Of a stretch of 50,153 bases of DNA, positions 26,715 through 35,567 are shown piece after piece (position 1 is the first letter of the stretch; every line of letters starts with the position of its first letter). Location: assembly GCA_045106895.1 (NCBI GenBank), contig JBGCFM010000094.1, positions 1-50,153 on the forward strand, given 5' to 3'. The notes under the pieces were generated by a model. That model had not been told where the DNA came from and made no database searches. It saw only the letters and a program-made list of their open reading frames with translations. The translations under genes and the position numbers were made by a program. This stretch comes from Polyangiales bacterium. GTDB taxonomy: Bacteria > Myxococcota_A > Polyangia > Polyangiales > Houyiibacteriaceae.

Positions 26715-28537
26715 GAGCCCGCTCCCATCGCGTCGACGCTCTTAAGAAGAGTCGCCGTCCGAGCCAGGCAATCCTTCATCTCGTCTGGGGTTGAGCCCGC
26801 CGAGGAAAAACGAGCGAAGTCACACGTCTCCATTTCACGGGCAAACGCGCTGACGTCCGCGGCGGGCATTTGATTCGCGACCAAGAAGTCGTGGAGTTCG
26901 GTCTGCGTGAGGCTTCCGATCTTGGCGCCGGTCTTCGTTTCGATGGCGTCCGTCAGAGCTTTGCTGATGGCGGCGTAGAACGCGCGCGCGTCCCCCGCCT
27001 GGGCGCTCTTTGCCGCCTCATCCAGTCTTCGGCGTTGCCGCTTTCGATTGGTCTTCTCCACGTCGGGCGTCCGCCGGCGAAGAGCACGCACGCCGAGCAC
27101 CAACACAAAAAGGAGAGGAGGAAACGCGAGGAGGCCCCAGAAAAGAGGCGTCTGACCAAAACGAGGCTGGGCTCGGAGGAGCTCGCTCGTCGGCCGCAGG
27201 CCCTCGAACTCAATGTTCGTGACGCTCGGAGCTTCTGGCTCCTCGACGTCCGGCGTGGCGGTCTCCACGGCCGCCGTGGCGTTGCCAGCGGCCTCCAAGA
27301 CAAGCTCCGCTCCGCGGACCTCGGTGTAGCGCTCGGTGTTCGGGTCAAAGGTGTGGAACGAAAGTCGTGGCAAAACGTGTCGGCCGGGCTGCTCCGGAAC
27401 CACAAGCCATTCGAAGGTGCGCTCCCCTCCCACTCGGCCGCCTGGGCTAACGACGCGGTCGTTCACCGAGGGCTGAAGCGCCCGGACGCCGTCCACCTCT
27501 GGGAATTCAAAGCGTACATCCCGCAAGTTGCCCGTGCCGCGCATCGTTGCCGTCATGGTCACGGCATCGCCGGTGCGAACCTGGGCGCGGTCGAGGCGAA
27601 CCTCAAGCGTCGCGTTTCCGACCAAGACATTGTTTGGCACGGGCTCCGGCAGCGCACGCACCTGGAGCGTGAGCGGAGTACCGCTGCGCTGGAGCGTTGG
27701 CGTCTGCTGACGGCCGTTGAACAGGTCCGCGATTCCGCCGCCCGTCGAGACCTCCATGTCCGCCGCGCCGATGGTGAGCTCCCCCTCTCGCAGAGGGAAG
27801 GCCGCGAAGCGGCGGATCTCGTAGGCGTCGAAGCGCATGCCATTGATCGTCTGTGGCCGCGCTTCGAGCGTACGCGTCACCGGCAGCAGGTCTTGTACCC
27901 AGAAGCCTTCGGCGCTGGGTTCGCGAAGAACGTTCGGGGCACGAATACGGACTCGCACGTACAAGAAGAGCGCGACGTCCACCTGCTGCCCCACGAAGGG
28001 GTTTGCGTCGCTGACGGTGGTTCGAAGGAACGCTTGGTCGTCGTACACGTAGCCATCACCACCCGCGACGGCAGCGGCTGGCGTGTTCTGCGTCTGGGGC
28101 GTCTGACCTTGGGGCGTTACCCCTTGTCCGGTCACTTCGATAGTCACGGGCTGGCTGGAGTAGCGCTGCCCGCCCGCCGTGACGCTCGCCGGCTGAAGCT
28201 CGAAGCGGCCCGGGCGCGTCGCCTCCAGAATCAGCGTCTGAACCATCTGCGAGTTCATGACGCGTTGATTGCCACCGAAACCAAACTGCACCTGCATAGG
28301 GCGCGAGATATGGCGCGAGCGAACGACGAAGCCTTCAAGGCTTGGCATGTCGATGTTGTCGGGGCTGACACCGCTCGCGTCCACGCGAGCGACGAGTCGA
28401 ATCATGCCGCCGACCGGTACGCTGACGCGGTCTGTGGTCATCGTGATGGTCACGCTGGTCTGCGCGACGGCGTCGCCGGTCGCCACCAGTGCCGCCGCGA
28501 CGAAGAGCATGCGAAGAATGAACGAGCGCCGCATCAC
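26711..28537 (-). CDS. batD: BatD-like oxygen-tolerance protein
   Basis: Signal peptide, repeated Ig-like beta domains (FVGQQV, GTGNL, FDP...Y), TM helix near the C-terminus and CDFARF tail. Confidence 0.87.
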   Translation of the reverse strand: MMRRSFILRMLFVAAALVATGDAVAQTSVTITMTTDRVSVPVGGMIRLVARVDASGVSPDNIDMPSLEGFVVRSRHISRPMQVQFGFGGNQRVMNSQMVQTLILEATRPGRFELQPASVTAGGQRYSSQPVTIEVTGQGVTPQGQTPQTQNTPAAAVAGGDGYVYDDQAFLRTTVSDANPFVGQQVDVALFLYVRVRIRAPNVLREPSAEGFWVQDLLPVTRTLEARPQTINGMRFDAYEIRRFAAFPLREGELTIGAADMEVSTGGGIADLFNGRQQTPTLQRSGTPLTLQVRALPEPVPNNVLVGNATLEVRLDRAQVRTGDAVTMTATMRGTGNLRDVRFEFPEVDGVRALQPSVNDRVVSPGGRVGGERTFEWLVVPEQPGRHVLPRLSFHTFDPNTERYTEVRGAELVLEAAGNATAAVETATPDVEEPEAPSVTNIEFEGLRPTSELLRAQPRFGQTPLFWGLLAFPPLLFVLVLGVRALRRRTPDVEKTNRKRQRRRLDEAAKSAQAGDARAFYAAISKALTDAIETKTGAKIGSLTQTELHDFLVANQMPAADVSAFAREMETCDFARFSSAGSTPDEMKDCLARTATLLKSVDAMGAGS

Positions 28538-29520
28538 CAATCCCTGAGGACGCGCCGGCCCTCTCTTGCGGCACGCGCGCGGGCACGCGCACGCTCTAGG
28601 TTCTGCTCGTTGTCCTGAAGGGCATCGAGGACACGCTCGACATGCTGCGGCAGATCTTGGCCTCCCTCCTGGGTCTCCTCACCCTGGTCTTGGTGCTGAT
28701 CCGGCTGTTCGTCACCGCCTTGGGAGTCGTCACCCTCCCCTTCTTGCTCGCCCTCACTCTGCTCTTGCGGGTCTTCGCCTTCTTGGCCTTCACCCTCCTC
28801 TTCGCCGCCTTGCTGGTCTTGCTCCTGCTCGTCGCCTTCGCCTTCCTGCTGGTCGCCTTGCTCGTCGCCCTCTTGCTGGTCGTCCTGCTCGTCGCCCTCT
28901 TGCTGGTCGCCTTGCTCGTCACCTTCTTGCTGGTCGTCTTGCTCGTCGCCTTCTTGCTGGTCCTGTTGGTCCTGCTCTTCTTGCTCCTGGCGCTCCTGCT
29001 CTTCTTGTTGCTCCTGCGCTTCTTCCTGTTCGCGAATGCGGCGAAGGGCGAGTTCTAGGTTCCAGGCAGCGTCACGATTCCCGTGCGTGATGCGAAGGCT
29101 TCGGCGGAACGCGTCGGCAGCTTCGCGGAAGAAGCCTTGGCTCGCCTCGTGGTCCTCTTCCGCCGCCGTGGAGTCCCCTTCGCGATAAAACGCGAGGCCA
29201 AGATCGTAGTACGCGGCGGCGCGAATTTCGTCGTCCGCGTCAGGATCTGCAGCGATCACGAAAGCTTCGCGAGCCCCCACGAGGTCGCCGGACTCAAGAA
29301 GAGCCAAGCCACGGTCGAGAGCCACGCGCGGCTCTTCGGGGTGTTGACGAGCGGCGAGGTCGTACGCCGCCAGCGCGCCCGCCGCGTCACCGGCGCTCAT
29401 CCGCTCATTGCCTGTTTCTACGTTTGAGTTGGGCGTTAGGAACGGGTCCCAAGCGTGGGCTGGCGCTGCAAGCGCGCCCGAGACCACGACGAGGGCGAGA
29501 AGTGACTGGAGCTTCATCAT
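28534..29520 (-). CDS. batC: BatC-like TPR protein with a Gln/Glu-rich low-complexity region
   Basis: Start re-called to ATG 29520 (ATGA overlap). Signal peptide, TPRs (YYDLGLAFY, AAWNLELAL), Q/E-rich tract and terminal RDW typical of BatC. Confidence 0.83.
   Translation of the reverse strand: MMKLQSLLALVVVSGALAAPAHAWDPFLTPNSNVETGNERMSAGDAAGALAAYDLAARQHPEEPRVALDRGLALLESGDLVGAREAFVIAADPDADDEIRAAAYYDLGLAFYREGDSTAAEEDHEASQGFFREAADAFRRSLRITHGNRDAAWNLELALRRIREQEEAQEQQEEQERQEQEEQDQQDQQEGDEQDDQQEGDEQGDQQEGDEQDDQQEGDEQGDQQEGEGDEQEQDQQGGEEEGEGQEGEDPQEQSEGEQEGEGDDSQGGDEQPDQHQDQGEETQEGGQDLPQHVERVLDALQDNEQNLERARARARAAREGRRVLRDW
28840..28962 (-). repeat. 27-bp in-frame tandem repeat (QQEGDEQ[D/G]D), about 4.5 copies
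   Basis: Plus-strand unit approximately ctcttgctggtcgtcctgctcgtcgcc, repeated within batC. Confidence 0.85.
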
Positions 29521-30596
29521 GCGGCTTCCTCTTCCTCTTCCTTGCGGCGACGACGACGGCGTCCAATCCAAGCGTCCGGCAGAAGCCCTTCGAGGACGAG
29601 CAGCAGAAACGCGGGCAACAAGACCAACGCGTACCGGTCCTCTTGCACGGTTACCTGACGTGCGCGGTGTTCGCTCTGGTGCAACGACGCCACATGCTGA
29701 CGCACCTCGTCGATGCCGACGCCGCCTTCGCGGGCGCGTACGAAGCGGCCAGATGTAATCTCCGCAATCTCGCGCAAAGTCTCTTCCGCTTCGGCGCTGA
29801 AGCTCGTGGTCACCACTTCGCCTTCGTCGTCGCGAATGTACCCGGTCCACGTACCATCATCCGTGTACATAGGGATGGGCTCGCCGCTGCGCGAGCCGAT
29901 GCCAACGGTGTAGACCTGGATGCCGGCTTCGGCGAGTTCGCGCGCCGCCTCGATGGGCTCGCCCTCGTGGTCTTCACCGTCCGTCAGCAGAATCACGACC
30001 ATCGACTTCTGCTGGCGCTCTTCTTCGCTTTCGTTGGGCCTGTGGCTTCGCTCTAGGAGACGCTGACTCGCGATGAGCGCGCGACCGAGGGCCGTGCCGC
30101 CAACGGGCATATCCATCGGTGTCATGTCGCGGAGGAAGAGCGCCACCGACGAGTAGTCGATGGTCATCGGAAACTCCATCGTGTCCCCGGCGAAGGCGAC
30201 AACACCAACGCGGTCTCCGTCCAAGTCGTCGAGAAAACGAACGAGCTCCCCTTTGGCGCGCTCGATTCGACTTGGTCGAACGTCGCGGGCCAACATGCTC
30301 TTCGAGAAGTCCAAGGCGATGACAATGTCGACTCCGCGTTTTCTGAGCCAGCGCGTCCGGCTCCCATATTGCGGCCCGGCCAGAGCGACGACGATGCCCG
30401 CCAAAGCGAAGACAAAGAGCACCGCTTTTGCGGTTCGCCACACGGCGCTCTTGCCCACGACCAAGGTCGAAAGCGTCGCGCTGTTGCCGAAGCGTTTCGT
30501 CGCCCGGTCGCGTGCGCGAAAACGAAGAACGAGCGCCACGATGGCAAAGGCGACGAGGCCGAGGAGCCACAGCAGAGACGAATCGCGCCAACTCAT
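29517..30596 (-). CDS. batB: BatB-like VWA domain membrane protein
   Basis: MIDAS DFSKSM, PSRIERAK, GGT and LLTDGEDH motifs; start ATG 30596 overlaps the batA stop. Confidence 0.9.
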   Translation of the reverse strand: MSWRDSSLLWLLGLVAFAIVALVLRFRARDRATKRFGNSATLSTLVVGKSAVWRTAKAVLFVFALAGIVVALAGPQYGSRTRWLRKRGVDIVIALDFSKSMLARDVRPSRIERAKGELVRFLDDLDGDRVGVVAFAGDTMEFPMTIDYSSVALFLRDMTPMDMPVGGTALGRALIASQRLLERSHRPNESEEERQQKSMVVILLTDGEDHEGEPIEAARELAEAGIQVYTVGIGSRSGEPIPMYTDDGTWTGYIRDDEGEVVTTSFSAEAEETLREIAEITSGRFVRAREGGVGIDEVRQHVASLHQSEHRARQVTVQEDRYALVLLPAFLLLVLEGLLPDAWIGRRRRRRKEEEEEAA

Positions 30597-31702
30597 GGCC
30601 ACCTCCGGAGAACGAAGACGCCGACAAGGAGCTCGAGGAAGAGCAGCGCGAAGGCGGGCCAGACAAACACGGGGAAGAGCTCGGCGTAGACCTTGCCGGA
30701 GTCTTCGATCTCCGTTCGTTCCAGCTCGTCGAGGATCGTATGAAAACTCCGCTCCAGCGCGCTCCGGTCGGACACGGGAAAGAACTCGCCGCCGGTACGC
30801 TCGGCCATGCGGACGAGGAGCTCGTCGTTGATGGGCGAGTCGTTCATTTGGTACATCGGGCGACCAAAGAGGTCCGTTCCACGCTGGACACGAGACTCTT
30901 CCGACTGACCCATGAGGATGGGGAAGACCTTGACCTCCATGGTGTGCGCCAGCTCCGCGGCTTCGTCGGGCTGAATGTTGCCAGCGTTGGAGGCGCCGTC
31001 GGTGAGCAGGATGATGACCTTGCTCTTCGCGGTGGAGCGCCGAAGTCGGTTCAGTCCGGTTCCGACAGCGTTTCCGATGGCCGTGCCACGTCCATCGATG
31101 AGCTCGAGCTCCAGCTCGCGGATAACGCTACGCAACGCTTCCTTGTCCGTCGTGAGCGGCATGAGCGTGTAGGCATCTCGCCCGAACACAACCGCGCCGA
31201 TGCGGTCGTTGGGACGGCGCGCCAAGAAATCCTGCACGACTTCCTTGGTGGCCTCGAAGCGGTTCGGCTCGACGTCCGCCGCTTCCATCGAAAGCGACAT
31301 GTCCATGACCACCACGATGTCGATGCCGTTGATCTCCGCGCTGTTCCGCGCGTGAATGCTCTGAGGGCCCATGAGGCCCAGCACCACGAGGGCGAGCGCC
31401 GTAGCGCGTAGACCCGTCGACGCACCGACGAACCAAGTTCGAAACCCTGGCGCGAGCTTCGCCAAGTCAGGACCACGGGAGAAACGAAGGCGCGGCCGTG
31501 TGCTTCGGTGCGCGTGGTGAGCGGCGTAGATCAACGGGACCGCGAAAAGAAGCAGCGCGGCCCACGGGCGCTCGAAGCGAAAGCTCCCTGCTTCAAGAGG
31601 CACGCCGTACACGCCCTCAACGGCGTAGGCGATGCCGTAGGCGATGGGAATCAGGACGAAGAGCGTCCAAACGTAGGGAAGCAAGGGACGGAGCTTCTTC
31701 AT
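30593..31702 (-). CDS. batA: BatA-like VWA domain membrane protein
   Basis: MIDAS DMSLSM, PNRFEA, DRIG.VVF, GTAIGNA, LLTDGASN and TGGEFF motifs. Confidence 0.9.
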   Translation of the reverse strand: MKKLRPLLPYVWTLFVLIPIAYGIAYAVEGVYGVPLEAGSFRFERPWAALLLFAVPLIYAAHHAHRSTRPRLRFSRGPDLAKLAPGFRTWFVGASTGLRATALALVVLGLMGPQSIHARNSAEINGIDIVVVMDMSLSMEAADVEPNRFEATKEVVQDFLARRPNDRIGAVVFGRDAYTLMPLTTDKEALRSVIRELELELIDGRGTAIGNAVGTGLNRLRRSTAKSKVIILLTDGASNAGNIQPDEAAELAHTMEVKVFPILMGQSEESRVQRGTDLFGRPMYQMNDSPINDELLVRMAERTGGEFFPVSDRSALERSFHTILDELERTEIEDSGKVYAELFPVFVWPAFALLFLELLVGVFVLRRWP

Positions 31703-33462
31703 TCGCCGCTCCCTTCGCTGCCGCTAGAGCCGTCCATGTCTGGTGTCCGCGGGCTGTCGTTCTTCGCGACTTCGGCCGCGACCTTGGCGGCATCAAACGG
31801 GAGCCCTCGAAGCGTTTCGGCGCTCCGCGGGTCGTCTCCGCTGGACGGCGCTTTGGGAGGAATCGTGTCCGGAATGGGCCGCGCAGCAGCAGCGTCCGCG
31901 GCGACTGCGTCTGTGGAGACAGCGTCCGCGGCGACAGCGTCTGTGGAGACGGCGTCGGCGGCGGCAGCGAGGGCTGCTGCAGCCTTGGTCCCAGGGGGCA
32001 CGGTGTCGGGAATCGGTCGCGCCTCGGGCGCAGATTCGACGGCGTAAGCCGGCGGGGACGCTACGTCCAAAGGAGCATGCAGGTGTGCCTCTGGTGATGG
32101 GGCTGGCTCTGAAGCCCCATTCGTCGAAGGGTTCGTGGAGGCGGACTCCGCGTTCGTTGTCGCTGCATCCGGCGCCGCCGCATCCGGCGCCGCTGGCTTG
32201 GGCATCCAGCGCGCTTCTGCGCTGTCCTGGGCAGCGGGCGCCGTCGTAGGCGCGGCGGGGACCGCCCTCGGTGCCATCGACTGGGCGGGCATTGCGTTTG
32301 TGGTCGCGCGCACAATTCGGAACGAACCACTCAGCAAAAGCTCGCTCTGCTCCAACGTGAAGTCCGCCTTGGCGAACTTCACGAGGTCGCAGTCTTGAAG
32401 AAGGCCCGCGATCTCGTCGATGCCAACTCCGCGCAGCTTTCGTTTTCGCATTCGCGCGAGCACTTCGTCGGTCGTGCTCTCGAGCCCCTCGAAGCTAAAC
32501 CGGTGGCCGAGGTACTCGCGCACGGCGTCGCTCACGTGGTCGACAAACTCAACGCCCTGACCTTCCCGCAACATCGCATCGCGTCGTTGACGAAGAGCAT
32601 TCAGCTTCTCCAGCGCGATCTCCTCTGGGGGGCGCGGTGGTGGTGGTGGAGCCGCGGCCTTTTCGCGCGCTCGCCACCAACGGGCAAAGATCCACGTAAA
32701 GAGAGCCGTCAGAAGAATAAGAAGGAGCGCCCCGCCCACCCAATAGAGCGTCGGGTCCTCTTCCATGAGCGGCACCGGCTGTGTCGGTGGGCGTGGCTCC
32801 GCGTTGGGTTCGTTGCCGATCACCGACGCGACGCGAATCGTCAGCGCCTCGGAGTCGACATGACCGATGACGCCTTCCGGCGTGAGGACTCGAATGCGAA
32901 AAGGAGCGAGCTCGTGTTCGCCAGGCTCCAGCGCGAGAAGCTCCAGCGTGAAGGTGTGAAGCACACCGTCCGGGCGTTCTTCGGTGCGGACATCCGTGTC
33001 GAGAATCTCGAAGGGCGCGACCTCTTGCTCGCTCGGGACTGAGATGTCGTCCAGCGCCGGCGCGAGGGCCGTCAGCGTCAACGTCACGACATCGCCGGTG
33101 TAAATCTCACCGTCGGCGATACGTAGCTCCACCACGGGTCGGTGCTCATCGCCGAGAAGGTCGGAGTCTTCGTTCTCGCCTTCGTCCTCCGGAGCCTGAG
33201 CTCCGTCCGCACCGGGGTCCGCAGCCGTGCCAATGGGGTCGCCGATCGGCGCCTGGGTCGGGTCGATGGGTGCGTCCGGCAGCTGCTCGTCCGGCAGCTG
33301 CTCGTCCGGTGTCTGGTCGTCCGGTGTCTGGTCGTCCGGCAGCGGCTCCGGAGCGGGCGTGTCCTCGGGCGCGTTTTGGTTCGGTGGCAGCGGCTGAGCG
33401 CTCGCCGGCAAGGCAACGCACAAGAGCGCCCACACCAAGCAATGGCGAAGAGCGTAGTTCAT
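31699..33462 (-). CDS. Bat-operon accessory membrane protein (Ig-like domain, TM helix, DLVKFAK domain) with long low-complexity termini
   Basis: Lies between DUF58 and batA; REYL..RF...LESTTDE and DLVKFAK motifs; Pro/Asp/Ala-rich N- and C-terminal tails. Confidence 0.8.
   Translation of the reverse strand: MNYALRHCLVWALLCVALPASAQPLPPNQNAPEDTPAPEPLPDDQTPDDQTPDEQLPDEQLPDAPIDPTQAPIGDPIGTAADPGADGAQAPEDEGENEDSDLLGDEHRPVVELRIADGEIYTGDVVTLTLTALAPALDDISVPSEQEVAPFEILDTDVRTEERPDGVLHTFTLELLALEPGEHELAPFRIRVLTPEGVIGHVDSEALTIRVASVIGNEPNAEPRPPTQPVPLMEEDPTLYWVGGALLLILLTALFTWIFARWWRAREKAAAPPPPPRPPEEIALEKLNALRQRRDAMLREGQGVEFVDHVSDAVREYLGHRFSFEGLESTTDEVLARMRKRKLRGVGIDEIAGLLQDCDLVKFAKADFTLEQSELLLSGSFRIVRATTNAMPAQSMAPRAVPAAPTTAPAAQDSAEARWMPKPAAPDAAAPDAATTNAESASTNPSTNGASEPAPSPEAHLHAPLDVASPPAYAVESAPEARPIPDTVPPGTKAAAALAAAADAVSTDAVAADAVSTDAVAADAAAARPIPDTIPPKAPSSGDDPRSAETLRGLPFDAAKVAAEVAKNDSPRTPDMDGSSGSEGSGE
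31891..31950 (-). repeat. 30-bp tandem duplication (29/30 identical), encoding VSTDAVAADA
   Basis: agcgtccgcggcgactgcgtctgtggagac / agcgtccgcggcgacagcgtctgtggagac. Confidence 0.9.
33274..33343 (-). repeat. 15-bp in-frame tandem repeats (PDDQT x2, PDEQL x2)
   Basis: Plus strand gtccggcagctgctc x2 followed by gtccggtgtctggtc x2. Confidence 0.9.
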
Positions 33463-34346
33463 CCCGCCCTCGACATGCGCCGCTGGCGACGCCGAAAGAG
33501 CTCCGCGATGGGACGCACGTAGTCACCGTCGGCGCTCACATCGATGTGGTCGATGCTGAGTTTTCGAAAGAGCGTTTCGCGTTTGGCTTTTTCTTCGAAG
33601 ACGTTTCGCTGAAACGCGCGACGAACACGCGGGTCACTCGTGTCGACCTCGACGAGCTCGCCGCTCTCGAGGTCCTCGACAAGCGCGAGGCCGACGTTCG
33701 GCAGCTCCATTTCGCGTGGGTCGCTGACCTGAATTGGAATCAGGTCATGACGCTTTGAAGCAACCCGCAACGCGCGCTCGTAACCATCACCGATAAAGTC
33801 GCTGACTACGAAGGCGACACTCTTCCGCTTCGTGAGGCTTCCGAGCATGTGAAAGGCCGCCTTTAGATCCGTGCCGGTGCCCTCGGGCTTTGCGTTGAGG
33901 ATCTCCGTCACGACACGCATGACGTGACCGCGTCCCTTCTTGGGTGGGACATAACGTTCGATGCGGTCCGTGAAAAGGATCAAGCCGACGCGGTCGTTGT
34001 TCTTGATGGCGCTGAACGCCAAGAGCGCCGCGACTTCGGCGACACACTCGATCTTCGTTCGCTCACTTGAACCGAAACGACCACTCGCGGAGAGGTCCAC
34101 GGCGAGCATCACCGTCATCTCGCGCTCTTCCGTGAAAACCTTCACGTAGGCGTCGTTCATACGCGCCGACACGTTCCAGTCGATGAAACGCACGTCGTCC
34201 CCCGGCTGGTATTGCCGGACTTCGCTGAACGCCATGCCTTGGCCCTTGAAGACCGAGTGGTAGCTACCTGCGAGCTGGTCGCTGGCCAGCCTCGAGGTAT
34301 AGATCTCGATCTTCTTCAGCTTCTTGATGAGGTCGCGTGGGATCAC
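33459..34346 (-). CDS. DUF58 family protein (MoxR-associated, VWA-like)
   Basis: G.YHSVFKGQG..FSEVRQYQPGDDVRFIDWNVSAR, EERE and DLSAS motifs. Confidence 0.93.
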   Translation of the reverse strand: MIPRDLIKKLKKIEIYTSRLASDQLAGSYHSVFKGQGMAFSEVRQYQPGDDVRFIDWNVSARMNDAYVKVFTEEREMTVMLAVDLSASGRFGSSERTKIECVAEVAALLAFSAIKNNDRVGLILFTDRIERYVPPKKGRGHVMRVVTEILNAKPEGTGTDLKAAFHMLGSLTKRKSVAFVVSDFIGDGYERALRVASKRHDLIPIQVSDPREMELPNVGLALVEDLESGELVEVDTSDPRVRRAFQRNVFEEKAKRETLFRKLSIDHIDVSADGDYVRPIAELFRRRQRRMSRAG

Positions 34347-34349
34347 GAC

Positions 34350-35369
34350 TCAGGGAACCTCAACGGCCTCAAAGAGGCGCCTCACCAGGTCATCCGATGT
34401 GATCTCTTCGGCTTCCGCCTCGTAGGTCCGCATGATGCGATGACGAAGAACATCGTGACCGATGGCCTTGACGTCTTCCGGAGTGACGTAGCCGCGGTGC
34501 TTCACGAATGCGTGAGCACGCGCCGCCAGGTTGAGAGAGATGGACGCACGTGGAGAGGCGCCATGCGCGATCATGGCGGCCATGTCTTTGAGGCCTGCAG
34601 CTTCGGGGTCGCGCGTCGCCGTCACGATGCTGATGATGTAGTCCTTGATCTTCTCGTCCATGTAGACGTGCCCGATGGACTTGCGCGCTTGAAGAAGCTG
34701 CTGCGTGTTCGTCAACGCCTGAACATCCAGGGCGCTGCTGCCGTCCGCGCGTGGGCCGAGGAGCTTGTGGTCGGCCATTCGCTCCATGATCTTCCGCTCT
34801 TCGATGGGCGTCGGATAGTCCACCTTCACGTGCATCATGAAACGGTCGACCTGTGCCTCCGCCAGCGGGTACGTGCCCTCTTGTTCGACGGGGTTTTGCG
34901 TCGCCATAACCATGAAGGGCGGCGCCAACTTGTAGCTCGTGTCGCCGATGGTGACCTGGAGCTCCTGCATCGCTTCGAGGAGCGCAGCCTGCACCTTGGC
35001 CGGCGCTCGGTTGATCTCATCGGCGAGAACCAAGTTGGCAAAGATGGGGCCCTTCTTCGCGGTGAACTCACCGGTCTTCTGGTTGTAGATGACTGTGCCC
35101 GTAACATCCGCGGGGAGCATGTCCGGCGTAAACTGGATGCGAGAGAAGCTCGCCGAGACCGTCTTGCACAGCGTGTTGACGGTCAGCGTCTTGGCGAGAC
35201 CCGGCACACCCTCCAGGAGCACGTGGCCTCCGGTGAGGAGGCCGATGAGAATGCGCTCCACCATGTGCTCTTGGCCAACGACGACCTTCTGCACCTCATG
35301 CATGATGGGGTCGAGGAAGGCGCTCTCTTGTTGGACCATGTCATTGATGGCTCGAACGTCGGTCGACAT
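34350..35369 (-). CDS. moxR: MoxR-family AAA+ ATPase
   Basis: Start re-called to ATG 35369 (AAGGA upstream). HVLLEGVPGLAKT, RIQFTPDMLPAD, LADEINRA, ATQNP.EQEGTYPL and GASPRA motifs. Confidence 0.95.
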   Translation of the reverse strand: MSTDVRAINDMVQQESAFLDPIMHEVQKVVVGQEHMVERILIGLLTGGHVLLEGVPGLAKTLTVNTLCKTVSASFSRIQFTPDMLPADVTGTVIYNQKTGEFTAKKGPIFANLVLADEINRAPAKVQAALLEAMQELQVTIGDTSYKLAPPFMVMATQNPVEQEGTYPLAEAQVDRFMMHVKVDYPTPIEERKIMERMADHKLLGPRADGSSALDVQALTNTQQLLQARKSIGHVYMDEKIKDYIISIVTATRDPEAAGLKDMAAMIAHGASPRASISLNLAARAHAFVKHRGYVTPEDVKAIGHDVLRHRIMRTYEAEAEEITSDDLVRRLFEAVEVP

Positions 35370-35567
35370 TGTCGGGTTTCCTTCTGAAGCAAAAACAGAG
35401 TGGCGGCTCGGCCGCGTCTCGAAGTTAGGGGTGCGGGCTAGCACGTGTCCCGCGGATAGGGCAACACGCGGTAGACACGGTCATTCCCGATAAAATTGGC
35501 TGAATTTTGTCCAACTTTGGCGAAAGTGCCCTTGACGAGGGCGTCTCAAGAGACTGCACTCCCGCGC

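Noticed and set aside
26870..28618. 582-aa plus-strand ORF (likewise 4232-5401, 11904-12908, 22672-23637 and 34212-35387)
   Set aside because: Antisense to well-supported genes; long stop-free shadow frames are expected with high-GC codon bias, and they show no recognisable motifs.
28840..28962. Tandem repeats as a possible CRISPR array (also 21669-21740 and 33274-33343)
   Set aside because: Units are contiguous, multiples of 3 and in frame within proteins; there are no unique spacers and no cas genes.
29521..29850. Arg-rich N-terminal extension of batC in the ORF track (similar extensions on ftsL, atpI, moxR, hemL and the ZIP-like gene)
   Set aside because: These overlap neighbouring genes or promoters; downstream starts with stop/start overlap, RBS or signal peptides fit better.
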